Of a DNA stretch of 64,000 bases, positions 17,712 through 26,562 are shown one piece after another (within the stretch, counting starts at the first letter, position 1; every line of letters begins with the position of its first letter). A program made the position numbers and the translations under genes. Source of the DNA: an uncultured Thermoanaerobaculia bacterium (GTDB lineage: Bacteria > Acidobacteriota > UBA4820 > DSQY01); the NCBI GenBank assembly GCA_964589625.1, contig CAZPSH010000002.1, forward strand, positions 68,469 through 132,468, written 5' to 3'. The notes below the pieces were generated by a model, which saw nothing but the letters and a program-made list of their open reading frames with translations, was not told the origin of the DNA and searched no databases.

Positions 17712-19427
17712 CTACAAAACGGTTTCCCGGACCACCTCGTCGATGGTCGTGATTCCCTTCGAGATCTTGATGAGGCCCGACCGCCGCAGCGTGATCATAC
17801 CCTCCTCGAGGGACTGGCGCTTGAGCTCCACGGCGTTGGCCCCCATGAGGACCATCTCCCGGAGCTGGTCGCTCATCTCCATGACCTCCATGAGGGCGAT
17901 GCGGCCCTTGTAACCGCTGTTGTTGCAGGTGGGACAGCCGCGTCCCTTGTACACCTTCGTCGTCTCCGCCTCCTCCTCCGTGTAGCCGAGGTCCAGCAGG
18001 GCCTTTCGGGGTATCTGCACCTCCTCCTTGCAGTCCCTGCAGATGCGCCGTATGAGGCGCTGGGCCTGGATGAGGTGAACGGAGGTGGCCACCAGGAAGG
18101 GCTCGATGCCCATGTTCATGAGCCGGCTGATGGTGGAGGGGGCGTCGTTGGTGTGGAGGGTGGAGAGGACCATGTGCCCGGTGAGGGCGGCCTTGACGCC
18201 GATTTCGGCCGTCTCGAAGTCGCGGATCTCTCCCACCAGGATGACGTTGGGGTCCTGCCGGAGGAAGGCCCTCAGGGCCGAGGCGAAGTTGAGGCCGATG
18301 CCCTCCTTCATCTGCACCTGGTTGCACCCCTGGATGTTGAACTCTACGGGGTCCTCGGCGGTCATGATGTTGGTCTCGGGCGTGTTCAAGCGGCCCACGG
18401 CGGAGTAGAGGGTATTGGTCTTGCCCGAGCCGGTGGGTCCCGTGACCAGCACCATGCCGTAAGGCTTCAGGATGGCCCGCTCGAACTTCTTGAGGCTCTC
18501 CTCCTCGAAGCCGAGCTGAGTCATGTCGAGCTTGAGGCCCTCCTTGTCGAGAAGCCGCATGACGATCTTCTCGCCGTATAGGGTGGGCACCGTGGAGACC
18601 CGGTAGTCGATCTCCTTGCTCTTGTTGTCGATCTTCATCCGCATCTTGATGCGCCCGTCCTGGGGGAGGCGTTTCTCGGCGATGTCCAGCTTCGCCAGGA
18701 TCTTGATGCGGGAGGCGATGGCCTCCTTGAGCTTCATGGGCGGGCGGAGGATCTCGTAGAGAACTCCGTCGATGCGGAACCGGACCCGAAAGTCCTTCTC
18801 GTAGGGCTCGATGTGGATGTCGCTGGCCCCCCGGCGGACGGCGTCCGTCATGACGACGTTGCAGAGTTTGACCACGGGGGCGTCCTGGCTGGCCGCCTCG
18901 AGGTCCTCGGCGGAGATCTCGCCGTCCTCCTCCTCGACTTCGAGGTCCGCCACCTCCTCCTTCTGGATCTCGTCCATGATCGCCTTGAGCTGGATGTCGT
19001 GGGTGGAGCCGTAGTACTTGGCGATGGCCTCCCGGATGGAGGCCTCGGAGGCCACCACGGGTTCCACTTGGTAGCCCGTGATGAACCGGATGTCGTCCAG
19101 GGCGAAGACGTTGGAAGGGTCGGCCATGGCCACCGTCAGGGTGGCCCCCGTGCGCTCGATGGGGATCACGAGGTATTTCTGGGCAACGTCTGAGGGGATG
19201 TGCTTGAGGACCGACTCGTCGATCTCAAAGTGCTCGAGATGGATGGCCGGCACCCCGTATTGCTCCGAGAGGAGCGAGGTGATGTCCTCCTCCTTGACGT
19301 GGCCGAGGCGGACGAGGTTGTAGCCGAGCTTGCCGCCGTTGCTCTTCTGGAGGGCCAGAGCCTCTTGCAGCTGCTGCTGCGAGATGAGTCCCACCTTGAG
19401 AAGCATCTCACCCAAGCGTTCAGCCAT
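17712..19427 (-). CDS. pilB: type IV pilus assembly ATPase PilB (GspE family)
   Basis: Start MAERLGEMLLKVGLISQQQL (N1 domain); Walker A GPTGSGKTNTLY, VILVGEIRD, TLHTNDA, C-terminal CPTC tetracysteine; upstream ORF extension is low-complexity. Confidence 0.9.
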   Translation of the reverse strand: MAERLGEMLLKVGLISQQQLQEALALQKSNGGKLGYNLVRLGHVKEEDITSLLSEQYGVPAIHLEHFEIDESVLKHIPSDVAQKYLVIPIERTGATLTVAMADPSNVFALDDIRFITGYQVEPVVASEASIREAIAKYYGSTHDIQLKAIMDEIQKEEVADLEVEEEDGEISAEDLEAASQDAPVVKLCNVVMTDAVRRGASDIHIEPYEKDFRVRFRIDGVLYEILRPPMKLKEAIASRIKILAKLDIAEKRLPQDGRIKMRMKIDNKSKEIDYRVSTVPTLYGEKIVMRLLDKEGLKLDMTQLGFEEESLKKFERAILKPYGMVLVTGPTGSGKTNTLYSAVGRLNTPETNIMTAEDPVEFNIQGCNQVQMKEGIGLNFASALRAFLRQDPNVILVGEIRDFETAEIGVKAALTGHMVLSTLHTNDAPSTISRLMNMGIEPFLVATSVHLIQAQRLIRRICRDCKEEVQIPRKALLDLGYTEEEAETTKVYKGRGCPTCNNSGYKGRIALMEVMEMSDQLREMVLMGANAVELKRQSLEEGMITLRRSGLIKISKGITTIDEVVRETVL

Positions 19428-19471
19428 TTCGCTCCCCGGTCCCCCTTTGGAAAACGTAGTGTACCACTTGA

Positions 19472-19502
19472 AGTGTAGTTTGCAGCTTGCTGCAAAGTCA
19501 AG
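19472..19502 (-). promoter_or_regulatory. candidate sigma-70 promoter (TTGACT-N18-TACACT) upstream of pilB with embedded palindrome TTGCAGC-AA-GCTGCAA
   Basis: Read on minus strand; 45-75 nt upstream of pilB start. Confidence 0.3.
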
Positions 19503-19524
19503 GGAATGACCTTCTATACCCATC

Positions 19525-19608
19525 GAGGGATTGGGGTGCCCTCGAGCCGAAGGGGAGAGGGCGCCGAGGGTGGGGTGAGGCTCCACGGGCTTTGCCCGTG
19601 GAGCGGGG
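19525..19608. repeat. GC-rich ~85-nt dispersed repeat, copy A (contains 12-bp perfect hairpin GGCTCCACGGGC-TTT-GCCCGTGGAGC)
   Basis: ~90% identical to reverse complement of ~26385..26480; translated junk ORFs on both copies share RDWGALEP...GWGEAP...PVERG. Confidence 0.7.
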
Positions 19609-19665
19609 CCCCGAAGGGAAGCCCTCGCACGGACGGGCTTCGCCTGCCGAGGGTCGCGATCTGCC

Positions 19666-20178
19666 TCAGAAGGGGGCGAAGCCGCTCTCGGACCAGAAGT
19701 CCGAGCGGATCCCGTTGTAGAGGGTCTGCAGGGCGTCGAGGTGCTGCTTCTCCCAGTCCGCCAGGAACTGGTAGAAGTCCCTCACTTCCGACTCGGTCGC
19801 GCCGCGGGCCGCGTCGCTGAAGTAGGCGATGGCCCTGGACTCGAGGGTCATGCCCACGGAAAGGACCCCCATTTCGAAATCCGCCCCCTGAGCCTGCTCG
19901 CGGAACTTGTCCGAGAAGATCGAGTCCGTAAAGGCCTTCAGATCGGGCGTCTTCCGCTCCAGGGCGAAGGCGGAGGTCCCCTTTTCCTCGTACCTCCCCA
20001 TGATGCCCTTCAAGTAGGCCTTGTGCTGGATCTCGTCGTTGGCCAGCTTTTCGAAGAGTTCCTGAACGGCCGGCTTGGTGGCCCGGTCCGCCGTCATGCT
20101 GTAGAAGGTGTACCCGTCCACTTCGATCTGGTAGGCCTTTCTCAGGACCTCCCGGATCGCATCCTTCGGTTCGGTCAT
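19666..20178 (-). CDS. rubrerythrin/ferritin-like domain protein
   Basis: 170 aa with E..E..H pairs (ANDEIQHKAY, ADWEKQHLDAL) typical of diiron ferritin-like fold. Confidence 0.65.
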   Translation of the reverse strand: MTEPKDAIREVLRKAYQIEVDGYTFYSMTADRATKPAVQELFEKLANDEIQHKAYLKGIMGRYEEKGTSAFALERKTPDLKAFTDSIFSDKFREQAQGADFEMGVLSVGMTLESRAIAYFSDAARGATESEVRDFYQFLADWEKQHLDALQTLYNGIRSDFWSESGFAPF

Positions 20179-20229
20179 CTCAGGCTCCTTCCCGGCGTAT
20201 CCTCCTCCGGGCTCCGGCGAATGCCGCGG

Positions 20230-20691
20230 TCAGGGCGCGAGGGCGTCCGTCCACGCGAAGGGCTCGGGCTTCTCGGCCGCGCGATCCGCCGGCACGTACT
20301 CCAGGGCGTGGGTGGGACAGAAGGGGACGCACTTGGGATCCCCGCCGCAAAGGTCGCACTTCTGGACGCAGTGGTAGGTTTCGTCCCAGAGCATGTTTCC
20401 GAACGGGCAGGCGGCCACGCACATGCGGCAGGAAATGCAGCGGTCCCTCGCCATTTCGATGGCGCCGGTCCGGTCGTTTCGGACGAGGGCCTCGGTGGGG
20501 CACACGGCGGCGCAGGCCGCGTCGTGGCACTGGAAACAGACGACGGGGGTCCCCAGCTCGGGGCCCCTCTTGAAGATGTTGATTCGGGTCTTGCTCGGCC
20601 TGCCCTCGCTTCCGTGGGCGAAGGCGCAGGCCAGCTCGCACTTGCCGCAGGCGATGCACCTTTCGATGACGACCCGGTAGATCCTGTCCAT
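20230..20691 (-). CDS. 4Fe-4S ferredoxin-type polyferredoxin (HycB/NuoI-like)
   Basis: Multiple CxxCxxCxxxCP motifs (CIACGKCELAC, CFQCHDAACAAVCP, CISCRMCVAACP, CDLCGG...CVPFCP). Confidence 0.75.
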   Translation of the reverse strand: MDRIYRVVIERCIACGKCELACAFAHGSEGRPSKTRINIFKRGPELGTPVVCFQCHDAACAAVCPTEALVRNDRTGAIEMARDRCISCRMCVAACPFGNMLWDETYHCVQKCDLCGGDPKCVPFCPTHALEYVPADRAAEKPEPFAWTDALAP

Positions 20692-20715
20692 GGATGGCTC
20701 CTTTGGCCCGCGGCG

Positions 20716-21489
20716 TCAGGGCGCCGTGCCGGCTCCCTCGGAAAGCTTGACGAACTGCCTCGCCATGTCGGTCCGCTTGCACGCGTCGCACAGGTCGAAG
20801 TAGGAGGACGGGACGCCCGTCCGCCCCGAGAAGTGGGCGGCCTCGTCGCGCGTGACGTGGGCCCGGCCGCACCGGAGGCAGCGGACCATCTCGAATTCCT
20901 TGCCCCAGATGGTTCTCTTGGCGTCCGAGGTCTCGTAGGGGATGCAGGAGGTCGGGCAGATTTCCGCGCAGGCGAGGCAGCCGATGCAGTCGGGCGGGGC
21001 CTCGTGGAAGGGCGGGGCGATCTCCCGTCCCGCCCCCCGATTCACGGAGGAGATGGCCGACACGCCGATGTGGTCGCAGACCCGCGTGCAAAGGCCGCAG
21101 AGGATGCAGTCCGTGGGGGCGGGATTGGGCTCGTAGGTCGTTCGCTCCAGGCCATGTTTTGCGGCCATTTGCTGGACGAGGGGCGTGTCGGGACACCGGG
21201 CCAGAAGCAGGTCGATGACGACCCTTCGCGTGGACCGCACGCGCTCCGTGTCCGTAAGGACGAGCAAGCCGTCCTCCGCGGGGAACATGCAGGACACGAC
21301 CATTTTGCACCAGCCGTCCCACTCCTTCCTCGTTACGTCCACGAGGCACATCCGGCACCCGCCCCAGGGCTCCAGGGCCGGGTGGTCGCACAGCGTGGGC
21401 ACTTCGAAACCCGCGGAGCGGATGGCATCCAGGAGGCGGGTCCCTTCGGGGACCTTCACGTTCTTGCCGTTGACGGTGAGCGTGATCAT
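20716..21489 (-). CDS. HoxU/NuoG-N-terminal-like [2Fe-2S]+[4Fe-4S] subunit of NAD(H) diaphorase module
   Basis: Start MITLTVNGKNVKV; 2Fe-2S ferredoxin fold Cys (CDHPAL...CRMC), NuoG-type CxxCxxxC...C clusters; ~257 aa; ATGA overlap with upstream gene; the 875-aa ORF in this frame is antisense read-through of the nuoF-like gene. Confidence 0.75.
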   Translation of the reverse strand: MITLTVNGKNVKVPEGTRLLDAIRSAGFEVPTLCDHPALEPWGGCRMCLVDVTRKEWDGWCKMVVSCMFPAEDGLLVLTDTERVRSTRRVVIDLLLARCPDTPLVQQMAAKHGLERTTYEPNPAPTDCILCGLCTRVCDHIGVSAISSVNRGAGREIAPPFHEAPPDCIGCLACAEICPTSCIPYETSDAKRTIWGKEFEMVRCLRCGRAHVTRDEAAHFSGRTGVPSSYFDLCDACKRTDMARQFVKLSEGAGTAP

Positions 21490-23387
21490 GGGGCGCCTCC
21501 TGTCCCCGAAGCCGCGGCGAGCTCGCGCTTGGGGAAGAACCTCACGGCGTCGGTGGGGCAGACCGTGTAGCAAGCGCCGCAGGAGATGCACTTGCCTTGA
21601 TGGATGACGTGAAGGGCCTTCTTCTCGCCCGTGATGGCGTCTACGGGGCAGGCCCGCGCGCAGGAGCCGCAGCCGTTGCAGGCCTCGGCGACGATTTCGT
21701 AGGCCGTGAGGTCCCGGCAGATTCCGGCCGGGCAAGCCTTGTGCTCCGCGTGGGCCATGTATTCGTCGCGGAAGTACCGCAGGGTCGAGAGGACGGGGTT
21801 GGGGGCGGACTTGCCGAGTTCGCACAGGCTGCCGAGCCGCATCCCCTCCGATAGCCGCTCGATGCGCCCGATGTCCCCGGGGACGCCACGGCCGGCGACG
21901 AGGCCGTCGAAGATGGCCTTCATCTGCTTGAGGCCCTCCCGGCAGGGGACGCACTTTCCGCAGGACTCCTCCATGAGGAAGGAAAGGAAGTAGCGGGCCA
22001 CGTCCACCATGCACGTCCGGTCGTCCATGACGATCATGCCGCCGGAGCCCATCATGGAGCCTGCCTCGGTGAGCTTCTCGTAGTCCACCGGGTAGTCGAG
22101 GTGGGACTCGGGAAGGCACCCTCCCGAGGGACCGCCCGTCTGGACCGCCTTGAAGGGCCGGTCCCCCAGGATCCCGCCTCCGATGTCGTAGATGATGTGG
22201 CGCAGGGTCGTGCCCATGGGCAGTTCGATGAGCCCCGTGTTCTTGACCTTGCCGACGAGGGAGAAGGCCTTCGTCCCTTTGGACTTGGCCGTGCCCATGG
22301 AGGCGAACCAGTCGCCCCCTTTGTGGAGGATGGCCCCCACGTCGGCCCAGGTCTCCACGTTGTTGAGGACCGTGGGGCAGTCGAAGACGCCCCGGTCCGT
22401 GGCGTGGACGTATTTCTGCCGGGGCTCGCCCGTCTTGCCCTCGATGGAGCGCATGAGGGCGGAGGACTCCCCGCAGACGAAGGCGCCGCCCCCGCGGGAG
22501 ATCCTCACGTCGAAATCGAATCCGGTTCCGAGGATGTTCTCCCCGAGAAGCCCTCGCCGCCGGGCCTGCTCGATGGCCAGCGTGAGGTGGACGACGGCCA
22601 GCGGGTACTCGTCGCGGACGTAGATGTACCCCTCGTGAGCGCCGATGGCGAAAGCGCCGATGACCATGCCCTCGAGTACCGAATGGGGGTCGCCCTCCAT
22701 GATGGAGCGGTCCTTGAAGGCTCCGGGGTCGCCCTCGTCGCCGTTGCAGAGGACGAACTTCCTCTCGCCCTTCGCCTTGCGGGCGGCCTTCCACTTGCGG
22801 GCCGTTTGGAAGCCGGCGCCCCCGCGGCCCCGCAGGCCGGAGCGCTCGACCTCCTCGATGACCTTCTCCGGGGTCAGGTCGAAGAGGGCGCGGACGAGGC
22901 CGGCGTAGGCCCCGTGGGCCAGCGCGTCGTCGAGGTCGGCCGGGTCCACCTTCCCGATGTTCCGCATGGCGACCCGCGTCTGGTTCTTGTAGAAGGGGAC
23001 GTCGCCGTACTTCTCGACGGCCTTCTTGGTGACCGGGTCCTTGTAGAGGAGCTTGGACAAGGCCCCGCCGCCGCCCGTCGCCTTGTCGAGGATTTCGCCA
23101 ACGTGCTCCGGTTTGACCTTCGTGTAGAGGATGCCCTCGGGCTGGATGACCACCAGCGGGCCCTTTTCGCAGAAACCGTGACAGCCCGTCTTCTTGGTGA
23201 ACAGGCCCACGGAGGCCGGTAGCCCTCGGGACTCGACCTCCTTCTGGAAGGCCTCCGCCACGCCCTGGCTCCCGTTGGCCAGGCAGCCCGTTCCGCAGCA
23301 GACGAGCACCTCGATCTTCCGCCCATCGGCCGCCCGGCGGCACGCCGCGACGGCCTCCTCGAACCGGGCCCTGGAGTCAATGCGCAT
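21486..23387 (-). CDS. NuoF/HoxF-like NAD(H)-binding FMN/[4Fe-4S] subunit (51-kDa family) with N-terminal thioredoxin-like and C-terminal 2x[4Fe-4S] domains
   Basis: GGGAGFQTARKW (FMN site), GDEGDPGAF (NADH site), ESCGKCVPCREG (N3 cluster), C-terminal CNGCGSCARACP / CISCGACYTVCP. Confidence 0.85.
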   Translation of the reverse strand: MRIDSRARFEEAVAACRRAADGRKIEVLVCCGTGCLANGSQGVAEAFQKEVESRGLPASVGLFTKKTGCHGFCEKGPLVVIQPEGILYTKVKPEHVGEILDKATGGGGALSKLLYKDPVTKKAVEKYGDVPFYKNQTRVAMRNIGKVDPADLDDALAHGAYAGLVRALFDLTPEKVIEEVERSGLRGRGGAGFQTARKWKAARKAKGERKFVLCNGDEGDPGAFKDRSIMEGDPHSVLEGMVIGAFAIGAHEGYIYVRDEYPLAVVHLTLAIEQARRRGLLGENILGTGFDFDVRISRGGGAFVCGESSALMRSIEGKTGEPRQKYVHATDRGVFDCPTVLNNVETWADVGAILHKGGDWFASMGTAKSKGTKAFSLVGKVKNTGLIELPMGTTLRHIIYDIGGGILGDRPFKAVQTGGPSGGCLPESHLDYPVDYEKLTEAGSMMGSGGMIVMDDRTCMVDVARYFLSFLMEESCGKCVPCREGLKQMKAIFDGLVAGRGVPGDIGRIERLSEGMRLGSLCELGKSAPNPVLSTLRYFRDEYMAHAEHKACPAGICRDLTAYEIVAEACNGCGSCARACPVDAITGEKKALHVIHQGKCISCGACYTVCPTDAVRFFPKRELAAASGTGGAP

Positions 23388-23862
23388 GGGACTTGCCCTC
23401 CTGGCCCAGGAGCTTGGGCATCTTCGCCGGCTTGGCGTTCCCGTGGTACTTGTCTCCGACGATGAGGACGGGCGCCATGGCGCAGGCCCCCACGCAGTTC
23501 ACGGTCTTCAGCGTGAATCCCATGTCGGGCGTTGTTTCGTCCGGGCCGATGGAAAGCAGGCGCTGGACCTCCTCCACGAGTTGGCCGGCGCCCCGGATGT
23601 GGCAGGCCGTGCCCGTGCACACCTTAATAAGGGTCCTCCCCTGGGGCTTGAGGGAGAAGGCCTTGTAGAAGGTGGACACGGAGAAGACCTTGGCCAGGGG
23701 TACGTCCAGGACCTCCGCCACCTTGCAGAGCACGTCGCAGGGCAGGTAGTTGTAGGCGCGGTGCACGTCTTGGAGAACCTGGATGAGGGAGGCTTCCTCC
23801 CTCGGATACCTCTCCAGGATCTCCTCCACCGGGTGGAGGTCCTGGCAGGATGCTTGGCTCAT
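23377..23862 (-). CDS. NuoE/HoxE-like [2Fe-2S] thioredoxin-like subunit (24-kDa family)
   Basis: 161 aa; Cys ligands C..C...CxxxC (LPCDVLC...CTGTACHIRGA...CVGACAMAP); ATG overlaps porG TGA stop (ATGA). Confidence 0.8.
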   Translation of the reverse strand: MSQASCQDLHPVEEILERYPREEASLIQVLQDVHRAYNYLPCDVLCKVAEVLDVPLAKVFSVSTFYKAFSLKPQGRTLIKVCTGTACHIRGAGQLVEEVQRLLSIGPDETTPDMGFTLKTVNCVGACAMAPVLIVGDKYHGNAKPAKMPKLLGQEGKSHAH

Positions 23863-24413
23863 GGCTGTCCTTCCTTCATCTCCGCGCCGAGGTCGTACCC
23901 CCTCTTCAGCGCCACGAGGTTGGCCTCGATGACCTTGGGTTTGCTGGCGAAGGTTTCCCGGATCAGGGACTCGAGTTCCTCGAGGGCCACCGCGTTGGTG
24001 GCGCCGATGTAGGCGCCCAGGGCGACCATGTTGGCCCCCTTGGGGTTCTTGAGCTCGTTGGCCACGTCGTTGGCGGGAACCTTGAGAACGCGGACGTCTT
24101 TCCTCGACGGCTCCCGGTTGATCAGGGACGAGTTGACCAACAGGAGCCCGCCCGGCCGGAGCATCGGTTCGAACTTCTCCAAGGACGGCAGGTTCATGGC
24201 CAGGACCGCCTTCGGGGATTGGATGACGGGAGAGCCCACGGGGCGGTCCGAGATGACCACCGTGCAGTTGCACGTTCCCCCGCGCATCTCGGGCCCGTAG
24301 GAGGGAAGCCAGGACACCTCCTTGCCCTGGTGCATCCCGGCATAGGCCAGCATCTTCCCGATGAGAAGGATGCCTTGTCCGCCGAAGCCCGCCATGATCA
24401 CGTCATTCTGCAT
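23859..24413 (-). CDS. porG: 2-oxoacid:ferredoxin oxidoreductase gamma subunit
   Basis: Start MQNDVIMAGFGGQGILLIGKMLA, typical POR/KOR gamma N-terminus; overlaps porB 3' end. Confidence 0.8.
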   Translation of the reverse strand: MQNDVIMAGFGGQGILLIGKMLAYAGMHQGKEVSWLPSYGPEMRGGTCNCTVVISDRPVGSPVIQSPKAVLAMNLPSLEKFEPMLRPGGLLLVNSSLINREPSRKDVRVLKVPANDVANELKNPKGANMVALGAYIGATNAVALEELESLIRETFASKPKVIEANLVALKRGYDLGAEMKEGQP

Positions 24414-25203
24414 GGCCGCTCCCCCGCCTTCCCCGTCCGAGCGGGCCGGGCGCCCGGTCCTCGCCGCCGGGGGTCTTGAAGGTCCCAAGCGGGTAGTAGG
24501 GAAGCATGTTCTTTTCCAGCCAGGCCGTGGCCTCCGCGGGAGGGATCCCCCAGTTCGTGGGGCACGTGGAGAGGATCTCCACGAGGGAGAAGCAGACGTT
24601 CTCCTTCTGGTACCGGAAGGCCGTCCGGAGCATCTCCTTGGCCGCCACCGCGTGGAGGGGCGAGTGGACGGAGGCCCGCGCCACGTAGGCCGGCGTCCTC
24701 AGCGTGCTGACGAGTTCGGCCACGCGAATGGGCCATCCGGCCAGGTTCACGTCCCGGCCCAGGGGGCACGTGGTGGCCACCTGGCCGGGCATGGTGGTGG
24801 GTGCCATTTGTCCGCCCGTCATGCCGTAGATCGCGTTGTTCACGAAGACCACGGTGACCTTCTCGCCTCGGTTGGCGCAGTGGATGATCTCGGCCATCCC
24901 GATGGAGGCCAGGTCGCCGTCGCCCTGGTACGAGAAGACGATGAGGTCGGGGCGGGCCCGTTTCACGCCCGTGGCCACCGCCGGCGCCCGGCCGTGGGAG
25001 GCCTCGTGGAAGTCCGTGGCGAAGTAGTTGTAGGCGAGCACGGAGCATCCGACGGGTGCGATGCCCACGGTCCGTTCCCGCAGGCCCAATTCGTCGATGA
25101 CTTCCCCCACGAGCCGGTGGATGACGCCGTGGGTGCACCCGGGGCAGTAGTGGGTCGTCACATCCGCGAGGGCTTCGGGTCGCCGGAAGACGGTCTCAGC
25201 CAT
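24403..25203 (-). CDS. porB: 2-oxoacid:ferredoxin oxidoreductase beta subunit (TPP-binding)
   Basis: CPGCTHG Cys motif, GDGD...N TPP-binding motif (SYQGDGDLASIGMAE...NNAIYGMTGGQ). Confidence 0.85.
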   Translation of the reverse strand: MAETVFRRPEALADVTTHYCPGCTHGVIHRLVGEVIDELGLRERTVGIAPVGCSVLAYNYFATDFHEASHGRAPAVATGVKRARPDLIVFSYQGDGDLASIGMAEIIHCANRGEKVTVVFVNNAIYGMTGGQMAPTTMPGQVATTCPLGRDVNLAGWPIRVAELVSTLRTPAYVARASVHSPLHAVAAKEMLRTAFRYQKENVCFSLVEILSTCPTNWGIPPAEATAWLEKNMLPYYPLGTFKTPGGEDRAPGPLGRGRRGSGHAE

Positions 25204-26290
25204 GGGCCACCTCCCCGGACCGGCCGGCGGCGATGGCCCGGATCTGTTCGGCCACCTCCTCGGGCGCGGCGAGCATCCCGCCCTGGCGTCCGAAGAAGTG
25301 AACGGGCCGCGTTCCCAGGAGGGCGAGCTGCACGTCCTCCACCATTTGGCCGGTGGAGAGCTCCACGACGAGCACGGCCTTGGCCTTCTGGGCGGCGCGG
25401 CGGACCTGTTCGTAGGGGTAGGGGAAAAGCGTTACGGGGCGGACCATGGCGGCCTTCACGCCTTCCGCGCCCAAGTCCTCGATGGCCGTGGAGCAGACCC
25501 TCGCCACGGTCCCGTAGGCCACCACGAGGACGTCGTAGTCCGCCTCGGTGCCGTATTCGACCCAGCGGACCTCGTCGCGGACCATGGCCGCGTACTTGGC
25601 TTGGAGCTTCTGGTTGTGGTGCTCGAGAACCTGCGGGTCCAGGAAGAGGGAGTTGATGATGTTGGTGGCCCTGCCGCCCTTGCAACCGGTGGCCGCCCAG
25701 TCCTTGGGGGGGAGGGGCTTGCAGGGCACCCGGCCGGTCCGAAATTCCACGGGCTCCATCATCTGGCCGATGAGGCCGTCTCCGAGCACCATGACCGGAT
25801 TCCTGTAGTAATCCGCCAGGTCGAAGGCGTCCTGGACCAGGTCCGCGGCTTCCTGGACCGACCAGGGCGCCAGCACCAGAAGCCTGTAGTCGCCGTGGCC
25901 GCCTCCCTTCGTGGCCTGGAAGTAGTCCGCCTGGCTCGGGAGGATGCCTCCCAGCCCGGGGCCGGCGCGCATGATGTTCACGACGACGCAGGGAAGCTCG
26001 CTTCCGGCGAGGTAGGAAATTCCTTCCTGCATGAGGGAGATCCCCGGGGAGCTCGAGGAGGTGAACACCCGCTCCCCGCTCCCCGCCGCCCCGTACAGCA
26101 TGTTGGAGGCCGCCACTTCGCTCTCCGCCTGCACGAAGGTGCCGCCCACCTGGGGCAGGCGGTGGGACATGTACTCGGGGATTTCGTTCTGGGGCGTGAT
26201 GGGGTAGCCGAAGAACAGCCGGCATCCCGCCTGGATGGCGGCCTCACCGATGGCCTCCGAGCCCTTCATCAGTTTCTTGGCCATGGCCAC
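25196..26290 (-). CDS. porA: 2-oxoacid:ferredoxin oxidoreductase alpha subunit
   Basis: 364 aa, KGSEAIGEAAIQAGCRLFFGYPITPQNEI N-terminus typical of POR/KOR alpha; stop overlaps porB start. Confidence 0.85.
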   Translation of the reverse strand: MAMAKKLMKGSEAIGEAAIQAGCRLFFGYPITPQNEIPEYMSHRLPQVGGTFVQAESEVAASNMLYGAAGSGERVFTSSSSPGISLMQEGISYLAGSELPCVVVNIMRAGPGLGGILPSQADYFQATKGGGHGDYRLLVLAPWSVQEAADLVQDAFDLADYYRNPVMVLGDGLIGQMMEPVEFRTGRVPCKPLPPKDWAATGCKGGRATNIINSLFLDPQVLEHHNQKLQAKYAAMVRDEVRWVEYGTEADYDVLVVAYGTVARVCSTAIEDLGAEGVKAAMVRPVTLFPYPYEQVRRAAQKAKAVLVVELSTGQMVEDVQLALLGTRPVHFFGRQGGMLAAPEEVAEQIRAIAAGRSGEVAHG

Positions 26291-26384
26291 GCTCCTTCAG
26301 TCGCGAATTCCGCGGTCAAACGGCTCTTCCTTACGAGAAGCGCCCGCGTACACCGCGGAATACAAGTCTTCTCCTCGACGGGAA

Positions 26385-26480
26385 GGGGCCGTTCCCTCCC
26401 CGCTCCACGGGCCAAGCCCCTGGAGCTTCACCCCACCCTTGGCGCCCGCTCGCCTCCGGCTCGAGGGCTCCCCAATCCCT
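26385..26480. repeat. GC-rich dispersed repeat, copy B (inverted orientation relative to copy A; approximate ends)
   Basis: Reverse complement aligns with 19525..19608 at ~90% identity including hairpin (one stem mismatch); lies in unusual 270-bp gap between porD and porA. Confidence 0.65.
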
Positions 26481-26562
26481 TGGCGGGTGAAGGCGATCTC
26501 TTTCGTGCGTTGTCGATTCATTTTTCCGCCGTTCCTTTCCAACTTCCAACGCGGGATTGAGG

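Noticed and set aside
20716-23343. 875-aa ORF called as one Fe-S protein
   Set aside because: Only the last 257 aa (from MITLTVNGK at 21489) are HoxU/NuoG-like. The upstream portion is out-of-frame overlap with the NuoF-like gene.
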